A DNA stretch of 64,000 nucleotides. It comes from Eledone cirrhosa. Taxonomy: Eukaryota. Position numbers and translations under genes: made by a program. Shown piece by piece: positions 36,501 through 51,500 of this stretch (position 1 is the first letter of the stretch; every line of letters starts with the position of its first letter). The notes under the pieces are model-generated. The model saw only the letters and a list, made by a program, of their open reading frames with translations, made no database searches and was not told the origin of the DNA. Where the stretch lies: NCBI GenBank assembly GCA_964016885.1, contig OZ024740.1:27962001-28026000 (forward strand). Reading direction: 5' to 3'.

Positions 36501-39500
36501 GGCAGTACCCACAGCTATATAATGAGAGAGAGAGAGGGCAATACCCACAGTTATATAATGGGAGATAGGGGGGCAGTAACTACAAATATAAAATGAGAGA
36601 GAGGGGGGTGCAGTAGCCACAGCTATATAATGAGAGAGAGGGGCGGAAGTACCCACAGATATATAATGAGAGAGGGGTACACTACGCACTGCTATATAAT
36701 GAGAGAGAGAGGTGGCAGTACCCGCAGCTATATAAGGAGAAAGACGGGGGCAGTACCCGTAGCTATATAATGAGAGAGAGGGGAGCAGTACCTACAGCTA
36801 TATAATGAGAGAGGGAGGTAGCAGTACCCACAGGTATGTAATTATAGAGGGGTAGCAGTACCAAAAGCTATATAATGAGAGAGGGATGGGCAGTACCCAC
36901 AGCTATATAATGAGAGAGAGGTGGCAGTACCAAAAGCTATATAATGAGAGCGGGGCGACAGTAAGCACAGCTATATAATGAAAGAGAGAGGGGGCAGTAC
37001 CAACATCTATATAATGAGAGAGAGGGGTGCAGTACTCACAGCTATATAATGAGTGAGAGGGGCGCAATACCCACAGCTATTTAATGAGAGAGAGGTCGGC
37101 ATACCAACAGCTATATAATGAAAGAGAGAGGTGCAGTACCCACAGCTATATAATGAGAGAGAGAGGGGGCAGTACACACAGCTATATAATGAGAGAGGGG
37201 TGCAGTACCCATAGCTATATAATGAGAGAGAGGGGGGCAGTACCCACAGCTATATAATGAGAGAGAGGGGGCAGTACCCACAGCTATATAATGAGAGAGG
37301 GTGTACAATACCCACAGCTACATAATTAGAGAGGGGGGAGGCAGTACCCAAAGCTATATAATGAAAGAGAGGGGGGCAGTACCAACAACTATATAATGAG
37401 AGAAAGGGGAGGCAGTAACCACAGCTATATAATGAGAGAGAAAGGGGGCAGTACCAACATCTATATAATGAGAGAGAGGGGGCAGTACCCACAGATATAT
37501 AATGAGAGAGAGGGGGGAAATACCCACAACTATATAATGAGAGAGAGGGGTGCAGCACCCACAGCTATTTAATGAGAGAGGTGAGGGGGCAGTACCAACA
37601 GCTATATAATGAGAGTGAGAGGGGCAGTACCAACAGCTATATAATGAGAGAGATGGGTGCAGTACCCACAGCTATATAATGAGAGAGAGGGGTGCACTAC
37701 CCACAGCTATATAATGAGAGAGAGGGGAGCAGTACCCACAGCTATATAATGAGAGAAGGGGGGCAGTACCCACAGCTATATAATGAGAGAGAGAGGGGGT
37801 AGTACCCACATCTATATAATGAGAGAGAGGGGGCAGTACCCACAGCTATATAATGAGAGAGGGGGTCAGTACCAAAAGCTATATAATGAGCGGGAGGGGG
37901 TCAGTACCCAAAGCTATATAATGAGAAAGAGAGGGGCAGTACCCACAGCTATATAATGAGAGAGAGAGCGGGCAGTACCCACAGCTATATAATGAGAGAG
38001 AGGGGCGGAAGTACCCACAACTATATAATGAATGAGGGGTACAGTACCCACATATATAATGAGAGATAGAGGGGGCAGTACCCGCAGCTATATAATGAAA
38101 GAGAGGGGAGCAGTACCCACAGCTATATGATGAGAGAGGGAGGTAGCAATACCCACAGGTATATAATTAGAGAGGGGGAGCAGTACCCACAGCTATATAA
38201 TGAGAGAGGGAGGGGCAGTACCCACAGCTATATAATGAGAGAGAGGGGGCAGATCCCACAGCTATTTAATGAGAGAGACCGGGGCAGTACCCACAGCTAT
38301 ATAATGAGAGAGAGGGTCAGTACCCACAGCTATATAATAGAGAGAGAGGTGGCAGTACCCACAGCTATATAATGAGAGAAAGGGGGCAGTACCCACAGCT
38401 ATTTAATGAGAGAGAGGGGGGCAGTACCCACAGCTATATAACGAGAGAGGGGTCAGTACCCACTGCTATATAATAGAGAGAAAGGGGGCAGTACCCACAG
38501 CTATATAATGAGAGAGAGGGGTGCAGTACTCACAGCTATATAATGAGTGAGAGGGGCGCAATACCCACAGCTATTTAATGAGAGAGAGGTCGGCATACCA
38601 ACAGCTATATAATGAAAGAGAGAGGTGCAGTACCCACAGCTATATAATGAGAGAGATGGGGGCAGTACCCACAGCTATATAATGAGAGAGAGAGGGGGCA
38701 GTACACACAGCTATATAATGAGAGAGGGGTGCAGTACCCATAGCTATATAATGAGAGAGAGGGGGGCAGTACCCACAGCTATATAATGAGAGAGAGGGGG
38801 GCAGTACCCACAGCTATATAATGAGAGAGGGTGTACAATACCCACAGCTACATAATTAGAGAGGGGGGAGGCAGTACAAAAAGCTATATAATGAAAGAGA
38901 GGGGACAGTACCAACAACTATATAATGAGAGAGAGGGGTGCAGCACCCACAGCTATTTAATGAGAGAGGTGAGGGGGCAGTACCAACAGCTATATAATGA
39001 GAGTGAGAGGGGCAGTACCAACAGCTATATAATGAGAGAGAGGGGTGCAGTACCCACAGCTATATAATGAGAGAGAGGGGTGCACTACCCACAGCTATAT
39101 AATGAGAGAGAGGGGAGCAGTACCCACAGCTATATAATGAGAGAAGGGGGGCAGTACCCACAGCTATATAATGAGAGAGAGAGGGGGTAGTACCCACATC
39201 TATATAATGAGAGAGAGGGGGCAGTACCCACAGCTATATAATGAGAGAGGGGGTCAGTACCAAAAGCTATATAATGAGCGGGAGGGGGTCAGTACCCAAA
39301 GCTATATAATGAGAAAGAGAGGGGCAGTACCCACAGCTATATAATGAGAGAGAGAGCGGGCAGTACCCACAGCTATATAATGAGAGAGAGGGGCGGAAGT
39401 ACCCACAACTATATAATGAATGAGGGGTACAGTACCCACATATATAATGAGAGATAGAGGGGGCAGTACCCGCAGCTATATAATGAAAGAGAGGGGAGCA

Positions 39501-42500
39501 GTACCCACAGCTATATGATGAGAGAGGGAGGTAGCAATACCCACAGGTATATAATTAGAGAGGGGGAGCAGTACCAAAAGCTATATAATGAGAGAGAGGG
39601 GGCAGATCCCACAGCTATTTAATGAGAGAGACCGGGGCAGTACCCACAGCTATATAATGAGAGAGAGGGTCAGTACCCACAGCTATATAATAGAGAGAGA
39701 GGTGGCAGTACCCACAGCTATATAATGAGAGAAAGGGGGCAGTACCCACAGCTATTTAATGAGAGAGAGGGGGGCAGTACCCACAGCTATATAACGAGAG
39801 AGGGGTCAGTACCCACTGCTATATAATAGAGAGAAAGGGGGCAGTACCCACAGCTATATAATGAGAGAGAGGGGTGCAGTACTCACAGCTATATAATGAG
39901 TGAGAGGGGCGCAATACCCACAGCTATTTAATGAGAGAGAGGTCGGCATACCAACAGCTATATAATGAAAGAGAGAGGTGCAGTACCCACAGCTATATAA
40001 TGAGAGAGATGGGGGCAGTACCCACAGCTATATAATGAGAGAGAGAGGGGGCAGTACACACAGCTATATAATGAGAGAGGGGTGCAGTACCCATAGCTAT
40101 ATAATGAGAGAGAGGGGGGCAGTACCCACAGCTATATAATGAGAGAGAGGGGGGCAGTACCCACAGCTATATAATGAGAGAGGGTGTACAATACCCACAG
40201 CTACATAATTAGAGAGGGGGGAGGCAGTACAAAAAGCTATATAATGAAAGAGAGGGGACAGTACCAACAACTATATAATGAGAGAAAGGGGAGGCAGTAA
40301 CCACAGCTATATAATGAGAGAGAAAGGGGGCAGTACCAACATCTATATAATGAGAGAGAGGGGGCAGTACCCACATATATATAATGAGAGAGAGGGGGGA
40401 AATACCCACAACTATATAATGAGAGAGAGGGGTGCAGCACCCACAGCTATTTAATGAGAGAGGTGAGGGGGCAGTACCAACAGCTATATAATGAGAGTGA
40501 GAGGGGCAGTACCAACAGCTATATAATGAGAGAGAGGGGTGCAGTACCCACAGCTATATAATGAGAGAGAGGGGTGCACTACCCACAGCTATATAATGAG
40601 AGAGAGGGGAGCAGTACCCACAGCTATATAATGAGAGAAGGGGGGCATTACCCACAGCTATATAATGAGAGAGAGAGGGGGTAGTACCCACATCTATATA
40701 ATGAGAGAGAGGGGGCAGTACCCAAAGCTATATAATGAGAGAGGGGGTCAGTACCAAAAGCTATATAATGAGCGGGAGGGGGTCAGTACCCAAAGCTATA
40801 TAATGAGAGAGAGAGGGGCAGTACCCACAGCTATATAATGGGAGATAGGGGGGCAGTAACCACAACTATATAATGAGAGAGAGAGGGTGCAGTACCCACA
40901 GCTATATAATGAGAGAGAGGGGCGGAAGTACCCACAACTATATAATGAATGAGGGGTACAGTACCCACATATATAATGAGAGATAGAGGGGGCAGTACCC
41001 GCAGCTATATAATGAAAGAGAGGGAGGCAGCACCCGTAGCTATATAATGAGAGAGAGGGGAGCAGTATCCACAGCTATATGATGAGAGAGGGAGGTAGCA
41101 ATACCTACAGGTATATAATTAGAGAGGGGGAGCAGTACCAAAAGCTATATAATGAGAGAGACAGGGGCAGTACCCACAGCTATATAATGAGAGAGAGGGG
41201 GCAGATCCCACAGCTATTTAATGAGAGAGACAGGGGCAGTACCCACAGCTATATAATGAGAGAGGGGGTCAGTACCCACAGCTATTTAATAGAGAGAGAG
41301 GTGGCAGTACCCACAGCTATATAATGAGAGAGAGGGGGCAGTACCCACAGCTATTTAATGAGAGAGAGGGGGGCAGTACCCACAGCTATATAACGAGAGA
41401 GGGGGTCAGTACCCACTGCTATATAATAGAGAGAAAGGGGGCAGTACCCACAGCTATATAATGAGAGATAGGGGTGCAGTACCCACAGCTATATAATAAG
41501 TGAGAGAGGGGGCAGTACCAACAGCAATATAATGATAGAGAGGGTGCAGTACCCACAGTATATAATGAGAGATGGGGGCAGTACCCACAGCTATTTAATG
41601 AGAGAGAGGCGATGGGGGCAGTACCCACAGCTACATGAGTGAGGGAGAGCAGTACCCAGAGCTATATAATGAGAGAGAGGGGGATGGACCCACAGCTATG
41701 TAATGAGAGAGAGGGGGGCAGTACCCACAGCTATATGATGAGAGAATGGGTCAATACCCACAGCTATATAATAGAGAGAGAGGTGGCAGTACCCACAGTT
41801 ATATAATGAGAGAGAGGGAGGCAGTACACGCAGCTACATGATGAGAGAGAGGGGGACAGTACCCACAGCTATTTAATGGGAGAGAGGGTCAGTACCCACA
41901 GTTATATAATGAGAAAGAGGGTATCAGTACCCAGAGTTATATAATGAGAGAGAGAGAGGGGGGCAGTACCCATAGCTATATAATGAGAGAGAGCGGGGGT
42001 AGTACCCACAGCTATATAATGACAGAGAGGGGGACTGTACCAACAGCTATATAATGTGAGAGAGGGGTACAGTACCCACAGCTATATAATGAGAGAGAGG
42101 TCGGCAGTACCCACAGCTATATAATGAGAGAGAAGGGGGCAGTACCAACAGCTATATAATGAGAGAGAGCGTACAGTACCCACAGCTATATAATGGGAGA
42201 TAGGGGGCAGTAACCACAGCTATATAATAGGAGATAGGGGGCAGTAACCACAGCTATATAATGAGAGAGAGGGCTGCAGTACCCACAACTATATAATGAG
42301 AGAGAGGGGCGGAAGTACCCACAGCTATATAATGAGAGAGGGGTGCAGGACACACAGATATATAATGAGAGAGAGAGGGGGCAGTACCCACAGCTATACA
42401 ATGAGAGAGAGGGGGACAGTACCAACAGCTATATAATGAGAGAGAGGGGTGCAGTACCAACAGCTATATAATGAGAGAGATGGGCACAGTACCCACAGCT

Positions 42501-45500
42501 ATCTTAAGAGAGAGAGGTTGGCAGTACCCACAGCTATTTAATGAGAGAGAGGGGGCGGTACCCACAGCTATATAATGAGAGAGAGAGGTGCAGGACCCAC
42601 AGCTATATAATGAAAGAGGGGGGCAGTACCCACAGCTATATAATGAGAAAGAGAGGGGGCAATACACAAAGCTATATAATGAGAGAGAGAGGGGGCAGTA
42701 CCCACAATATATAATGAGAGAGAGGAGGGGGCAGTACCAACAGCTATATAATGAGAGAGAGAGGGGACAGTAGCAACAGCTATATTATGAGAGAGAGGGA
42801 GTCAGTACCCAGAGCTATATAATGAGAGAGAGAGGGGGGCAGTACACACAGCTATATAATGGGAGATAAGGGGGCAGCACCCACAGCTATATAATGAGAG
42901 AGAGAGAGGGGGCAGTACCCACAGCTATATAATGTGAGAGAGAGGGGGCAATACCAAAAGCTATATAATGAGAGAGAGAGGGGACAGTACCCACAGCTAT
43001 ATAATGAGAGAGAGGGGCGCAATACCCACGGCTATTTAATGAGAGAGAGGTTGGCAGTACCAACAGCTATATAATGAGAGAGAGGGGTGCAGTATCCCCA
43101 GCTATATAATGAGAGAGTGGGTCAGTACCCACAGCTATTTAATGAGAGAGAGCGGCGCAGTACCCACAGCTATATAATGAGAGAGGGGGGGGCAGTACCC
43201 ACAGCTATTTAATGGCAGAGAGGGTCAGTACCCACAGCTATATAATGAGAGAGAGGGTATCAGTACCCAGAGTTATATAATGAGAGAGAGAGGGGGGCAG
43301 TACCCACAGCTATATAATGAGAGAGAGCGGGGGTAGTACACACAGCTATATAATGGGAGATAGGGGGGCAGTAACCACAGCTATATAATCAGAGAGAGGG
43401 GGCAGTACCCACAGCTACATAATTACAGAGAGGGGGGCAGTACCCACAGTTATATAATGAGAGAGAGGGGAGCTGTAGCAACAGCTATATAATGAGAGAG
43501 AGGGGTGCAGTACCCACAGCTATATAATTAGAGAGAGGGGGACAGTACCAACAGCTATATAATGTGAGAGAGGGGTACAGTAGCCACAGCTATATAATGA
43601 GAGAGAGGTCGGCAGTACCAACAGCTATATAATGAGACAGAGGGGTGCAGTACCCACAGCTATATAATGAGAGAGAGGGGCGCAATACCCAAAGCTATTT
43701 AATTAGAGAGAGGTCGGCAGTACCCGCAGCTATTTAATGAGAGAGAGGGGAGCGGTACCCACAGCTATATAATGAGAAAGTGGGGTGCAGTACCCACAGC
43801 TATATAATGAGAGAGAGTGGCAGTACCCACAGCTATATAATGAGTGAGAGGGGCGCAATACCCACAGCTATTTAATGAGAGAGAGGTCGTCAGTACCAAC
43901 AGCTATATAATGAAAGAGAGGGGTGCAGTACCCACAGCTATATAATGAGAGAGAGGGGTGCAGTACCCACAGCTATATAATGAGAGAGGGGGGCGCCATA
44001 CCCCACAGCTATTTAATAAGAGAGGTCGGCAGTACCCACAGCTATTTAATGAGAGAGGGGGGGCGGTACCCACAGCTATATAATGAGAGAGAGCGGGGCA
44101 GTACCCACAGCTATATAATGAGAAAGAGAGGTGGCAGTACCCACAGCTATATAATGAGAGAGATACGGGGCAGTACCCACAGCTATAAAATGAGAGAGAA
44201 GTGTGCAGTACCCACAGCTATATAATGAGAGAGAGGGGGCCAGTACCCACAGCTATATAATGAGTGAGAGGGGTGCAGTACCAACAGCTATATAATGAGA
44301 GAGAAAAGGGGGCAGTACCAACAGCTATATAATGAGAGAGAGGAGGGGGCAGTACCAACAGCTATATAATGATAGAGAGAGGGGGAAGTACCCACAGCTA
44401 TATAATGTGAGAGAGAGGGGGCAATACCCAAAGCTATAAAATGAGAGAGAAGTGTGCAGTACACACAGCTATATAATGAGAGAGAGGGGCGCAATACCCA
44501 CAGCTATATAATGAGAGAGATGGGTGCAGTATCCACAGCTATATAGTGAGAGAGGGGGTCAGTACCCACAGCTATTTAATGAGAGAGAGGTCGGCAGTAC
44601 CCACAGCTATATAATGAGAGAGAGCGGTGCAGTACCCACAGCTATATAATGAGAGAGGGGGTCAGTACCAACAGCTATATAATGGGAGAGAGTGGTGCAG
44701 TACCAACAGCTATATAATGAGAGAGAAGGGTGCAGTACCCACAGCTATATAATGAGAGAGAGTGGGACAGTACCAACAGCTATATAATGAGAGAGAGGGG
44801 TGCAGTACCCACAGCTATATAATGAGAGAGAGGGGGACAATACCCACAGCTATTTAATGAGAGAGAGGTCGTCAGTACCCACAGCTATTTAGTGAGAGAC
44901 AGGGGGCGGTACCCACAGCTGTATAATGAGAGAGAGGGGTGCAGTACCCACAGCTATATAATGAGAGAGAGAAGGGGGCAGTACCCACAGCTATATAATG
45001 AGAGAGAGGGGTGCAGTACCCACAGCTATATTATGAGAGAGGGGGGCACTACTCACAGTTATATAATAAGAGAGAGGTCGGCAGTACCCACAGCTATATA
45101 ATGAGAGAGGGGGTTAGTACCCACAGCTATTTAATGAGAGAGAGGGTGGCAGTACCCACAGCTATATGAGAGAGGGGGAGCAGTGCCCGCAGCTATATAA
45201 TGAGAGAGAGAGGGGGTAATACATACAGCTATATAATGAGAGAGACAGGGGGAAGTACCCACAGCTATATAATGAGAGAGAGTGGTGCAGTACCCACAGC
45301 TATATAATGAGAGAGAGGGGGCCAGTACCCACATCTATATAATGAGAGAGAGAAGGGGGCAGTAGCAGCAGCTATATAATGAGAGAGAGGGTTGCAGTAC
45401 CCACATATATATAATGAGAGAGAGAAGGGGGCAGTACCAACATCTATATAATGAGAGAGAAGGGGGCAGTACCCACAGCTATATAATGAGAGAGAGAGGG

Positions 45501-48500
45501 GTGCAGTACCCACAGCTATATAATGAGAGAGGGGCAGTACACACAGCTATATAATAAGAGAGAATGGGGCAGTAACCACAGCTATATGAGAGAGGGGGAG
45601 CAGTACCCGCAGCTATATAATGAGAGAGAGAGGGGGTAATACACACATCTACATAACGATCGAGACGGGGGCTGTACCCACAGCTATATAATCAGAGAGA
45701 GGGAGGAAGTACCCACAGCTACATAATTAGAGAGAGGGGGGCAGTACCAACAGCTATATAATGAGAGAGAGGGGGACAGTACCAACAGCTATATAATGTG
45801 AGAGAGGGGTTCAGTACACACAGCTATTTAATGAGAGAGAGGTCGGCAGTACCCACAGCTATTTAATCAGAGAGATGGGGGCGGTACCCACAGCTATATA
45901 ATGAGAGAGAGGGGGGCAGTTCCCACAGCTATATAATGAGAGATAGGGGGCAGTAAACACAGCTATATAATAGGAGATAGGGGACAGTAACCACAGCTAT
46001 ATAATGAGAGAGAGGGCTGCAGTGCCCACAGCTATATAATGAGAGAGAGGGGCGGAAGTACCCACAGCTATATAATGAGAGAGAGAAGGGGGCAGAACCA
46101 ACAGCTATATAATGTGAGAAAGGGGTGCCGTACCAACAGCTATAAAATGAGAGAGAGGGGTGCAGTACCCACAGCTATATAATGAGAAAGAGTGGGTGCA
46201 GTACACACAGCTATATAATGAGAGAGAGAAGGGGGCAGTACCAACAGCTATATAATGAGAGAGAGCGGTGCAGTACCCACTGCTATATAATGAGAGAGAG
46301 AGAAGGGGGCAGTACCAACAGCAATATAATGAGAAAGAGGGGTGCAGTACCAACCGCTATATAATGAGAGAGAGGGGGGCAGTACCCACAGCTATATAAT
46401 GAGAGAGAAGGGTGCAGTACCGACAGTTATATAATGAGAGAGAGTGGGACAGTACAAAAAGCTATATAATGAGAGAGAGGCGGCAGTACCCACAGCTATA
46501 TAATGAGAGAGAGGGGGACAATACCCACAGCTATACAATGGGAGATAGGGGGCAGTAAACACAGCTATATAATAGGAGATAGGGGACAGTAACCACAGCT
46601 ATATAATGAGAGAGAGGGCTGCAGTGCCCACAGCTATATAATGAGAGAGAGGGGCGGAAGTACCCACAGCTATATAATGAGAGAGAGAAGGGGGCAGAAC
46701 CAACAGCTATATAATGTGAGAAAGGGGTGCCGTACCAACAGCTATAAAATGAGAGAGAGGGGTGCAGTACCCACAGCTATATAATGAGAGAGAGGGGCAC
46801 AATACCAACACCTATTTAATGAGAGAGATGTTGGGAGTACCCATAGCTATTTAATGAGAGAGAGGGGGGCGGTACCCACAGCTATATAATGAGAGAGGGG
46901 GGCAGTACCCACATCTATATAATGAGAAAGACAGGGGGCAATACCCAAAGCTATATAATGAGAGAAAGGGGGGCAGTACCAACAGCTATATAATGAGAGA
47001 GAGAGGGGAGCATTACCAACAGCTATATTATGAGAGAGAGGGGGTCAGTACACAGAGCTATATAATGAGAAAGAGAGGGGGGCAGTACACACGGCTATAT
47101 AATGGGAGATAGGGGGGCAGCACCCACAGCTATATAATGAGAGAGAGAGGGGGCAGTACCCACAGCTATATAATATGAGAGAGAGGGGGCAATACCCAAA
47201 GCTATATAATGAGAGAGAGAGGGGGCAGTACCCACAGCTAGAAAATGTGAGATAAGGGGGCAGTAACCACAGCTATATAATAGGAGATAGGGGGCAGTAA
47301 CCACAGCTATATAATGAGAGAGAGGGCTGCAGTACCCACAGCTATATAATGAGAGAGAGGGGCGGAAGTACCCACAGCTATATAATCAGAGAGGGGTGGG
47401 GGCAGTACCCACAGTTATATAATGAGAGAGAGGAGGGGCAGTACCAACAGCTATATAATGAGAGTGAGAGGGGGGGGCAGTACCAACAGCTATATTATGA
47501 GAGAGAGGGCGTCAGTACCCAGAGCTATATAATGAGTGAGAGAGGGGGCCAGTACACACAGCTATATAATAGGAGATAGGGGGCAGCACCAACAGCTATA
47601 TAATGAGAGAGAGAGGGGGCAGTACCCACAGCTATATAATGTGAGAGAGAGGGGGCAGTACCCACAGCTATATAATGGGAGATAGGGGTGCAGTACCCAC
47701 AGCTATATAATGAGAGAGAGAGGGGGTACTACCCACAGCTATATAATGAAAGAGAGGGGGGCAGTATCTACAGCTATATAAAGAGAGAGAGGGGGAAGTA
47801 CCCACAGCTACATAATTAGAGAGAGGGGGCAGTACCCACAGCTATATAATGAGAGAGGGGGCCAGTACCTACAGCTATATAAAGAGAGAGAGGGGGAAGT
47901 ACCCACAGCTACATAATTAGAGAGAGGGGGCAGTAACCACAGCTATATAATGAGAGAGAGAAGGGGGCAATACCAACAGCTATTTAATGAGAGAGAGGGG
48001 TGCAGTACCCACAGCTATATAATGAGAGATAGGGGGACAGTAACAACAGTTATATAATGAGAGAGAGAGGGGGCAGTACCCACAGCTATATAATGAGATA
48101 GAGGAGGGGGCAGTAACAACAGCTATATAACGAGAGAGAGAGGGAGGCAGTACCAACAGCTATATAACGAGAGAGAGAGGGGAGCAGTACCAACAGCTAT
48201 ATTATGAGAGAGAGGGGGTCACTACCCACAGCTATTTAATGAGAGAGTGGGGCACAATACCCACAGCTATTTAATGAGAGAGAGGTCGGCAGTACCCACA
48301 GCTATTTAATGAGAGAAAAAGGGGCGGTACCCACAGCTATATAATGAGAGAGGGGGGCAGTACCCACAGCTATATAATGAGAAAGAGAGGGGGTAATACC
48401 CAAAGCTATATTTTGAGAGAGAGAGGGGGCAGTACCCACAGCTATAGAATGAGAGAGAGGGGGGCAGTACCAACAGCTATATAATGAGAGAGAGAGAGGT

Positions 48501-51500
48501 CAGTACACACAGCTATATAATGGGAGATAGGGCGGCAGTACCCACAACTATATAATGAGAGAGAGGGGTGCAGTACCAGCATCTATATAATGAGTAGAAG
48601 GGTGCAGTACCCACAGCTATATAATGAGAGAGAGTGGGACAGTAGCAACAGCTATATAATGAGAGAGAAGGGTGCAGTACCCACAGCTATATAATAAGAG
48701 AGAGGGGGACAATACCACAGCTATTTAATGAGAGAGAGGTCGGCAGTACCCACAGCTATTTAATCAGTGAGAGGGGGGCGGTACCCACAGCTGTATAATG
48801 AGAGAGAGGTGTGCAGTACCCACAGCTATATAATGAAAGAGAGAAGGGGGCAGTACCCACAGCTGTATAATGAGAGAGAGGGGTGCAGTACCCACAGCTA
48901 TATTATGAGAGAGGGGGGCACTACCCACAGCTATATAATAAGAGGGAGAGAGGCCAGTACCAACAGCTATATAAAGAGAGGGGGCAGAACCCACAGCTAT
49001 ATAATGAGAGGGGAGCAGTACCCACAGCTATATAATGAGAGAGAGGGGGTCATTACCCAGATCTATATAATGAGAGAGAGAGGGGGCAGTACCCACAGCT
49101 ATATAATGAGAGAGAGAGGGGGCAGTACCCACAGCTATATAATGGGAGATAGGGAGGCAGTAACCACAGCTATATAATGAGAGAGAGGGGTGCAGTACCC
49201 ACACCTATATAATGAGAGAGGGTGGCAGTACCCACAGTTATTTAATGAGAGAGAGGGGGCAGTACCCACAGCTATATGAGAGAAGGGGAGCAGTACCCAC
49301 ATTTATATAATGAGAGAGAGAGAGGGGGTACTACCCACAGCTATATAATGAGAGAGAGGGGCGCAGTACCTACAGCTATATAAAGAGAGAGAGGGGGAAA
49401 TACCCACAGCTACATAATTAGAGAGTGGGGGCAGTACCCACAGCTATATAATGAGAGAGGGGTGCAGGACCCACAGCTATATAATGAGAGAGAGAGGGTA
49501 AAGTACCCACAGCTATATAATGAGAGAGAGGGGGGCAGTAACCACAGCTATATAATGAGAGAGAGAAGAGGGCAGTACAAACAGCTATATAATGATAGAG
49601 AGGGGTGCAGTACCAACAACATTATAATGAGAGAGAGGGGTGCAGTACCCACAGCTATATAATGAGAGAGAGGGGGACACTACCAACAGCTATATAATGA
49701 GAGAGAGGGTTGCAGTACCCACAACTATATAATGAGAGAGAGGGGGGCAGTACTAACAGCTATATATTGAGAGAGAGAGGGGGGCAGTACCAACAGCTAT
49801 ATAATGAGAGAGAGGGGGGCAGTACTAACAGCTATATATTGAGAGAGAGAGGGGGTCAGTACCAACAGCTATATTATGAGAGATAGGGGGCAGTACTAAC
49901 AGCTATATATTGAGAGAGAGAGGGGGGCAGTACCAACAGCTATATTATGAGAGAGAGGGGGGAATACGCACAGCTATATAATGAGAGGGAGAGGGGGCAG
50001 TACTCACAGCTATATAATGAGAGAGAGAGGGGGCAGTACTCACAGCTATTTAATGAGAGAGAGAGGGCAGTACCCACAGCTATATAATGAGAGTGAGGGG
50101 GACAGTACCAACAGCTATATAATGAGAGAGAGGGGGACAGTACCCACAGCTACATAATGGGAGAGGGGGCAGTACCCACAGCCATATAATGAGAGAGAGG
50201 GGCGCAATACCCACAGCTATTTAATGAGAGAGAGGGATGCAGTACCTAGAGCTATATAATGAGATAGAGCGGTGCAGTACCCACATCTATATAATGAGAG
50301 AGGGGGTCAGTACCCACGGCTATATAATGAGAGAGAGGGGCGCAATACCCACAGCTATTTAATGAGAGAGAGGTCGGAATTACCCACAGTTATTTAATGA
50401 GAGAGAGGGGGCGGTACCCACAGCTATAAAATGAGAGAGACGGGGGCCGTACCCACAGCTATATAATGAGAGAGGGGGCAGTATCCACAGCTATATAATG
50501 AGAAAGATTGGGGGCAGTACACACAGCTATATAATGAGCGACAGAGGGCGCAGTACCCACAGCTATATAATGAGAGAGAGGGGGCAGTACCCACAGCTAT
50601 ATAATGAGAGAGAGAAGAGGGCAGTACCAACAGCTATATAATGAGAGAGAGGGGTGCAGTAACCACTGCTATATAATTAAAAGAGAGGGGGGCAGTACCC
50701 ACAACTATATAATGAGAGAGAGAAGGGGTCAGTACCCACAACTATATAATGAGAGAGAGTGGGACAGTACGAACAGCTATATAATGACAGAGAATGGTGC
50801 AGTACCCACAGCCATATAATGAGAGAGAGGGGGACAATACCCACAGGTATTTAATGAGAGAGAGGTCGGCAGTACCCACTTCTATTTAATGAGAGAGAGG
50901 GGGGCGGTACCCACAGTGTATAATGAGAGAGAGGGGTGCAGTACCCACGGCTATATAATGAGAGAGAGAAGGGGGCAGTACCCACAGCTATATAATGAGA
51001 GAGAGGGGTGCAGTACCCACAGCTATATAATGAGAGAGGGGGCAGTACCCACAGCTATATAATGAGAGAGAAAGGGGGTCAGTACCCAGAGCTTTATAAT
51101 GAGAGAGAGAGGTGCATTACCCACAGCTATATAATGAGAGAGAGGGGTGCATTACCCACAGCTATATAATGAGAGAGGGGGGCAGTACCCACAGCTATTT
51201 AATGAGAGAGAGGGGAGCAGTACCCACAGCTATATGAGAGAGGGGGAGCAGTACCAACAGCTATATAATGAGAGAGAGGGGGGAGTACCCAATGCTATAT
51301 AATGAGAGAGAGAGGGGCAGTCCCCACAGCTATATAATGAGAGAGAGGGGGAGCAGTACCCACAGCCATATAATTAGAGAAGGGGGGGGAGTACCCAATG
51401 CTATATAATGAGAGAGAGAGGGGCAGAACCCACAGCTATATAATGAGAGAGAGGGGGCAGTATCAACAGCTATATAATGAGAGGGGGTTCAGTACCCACA

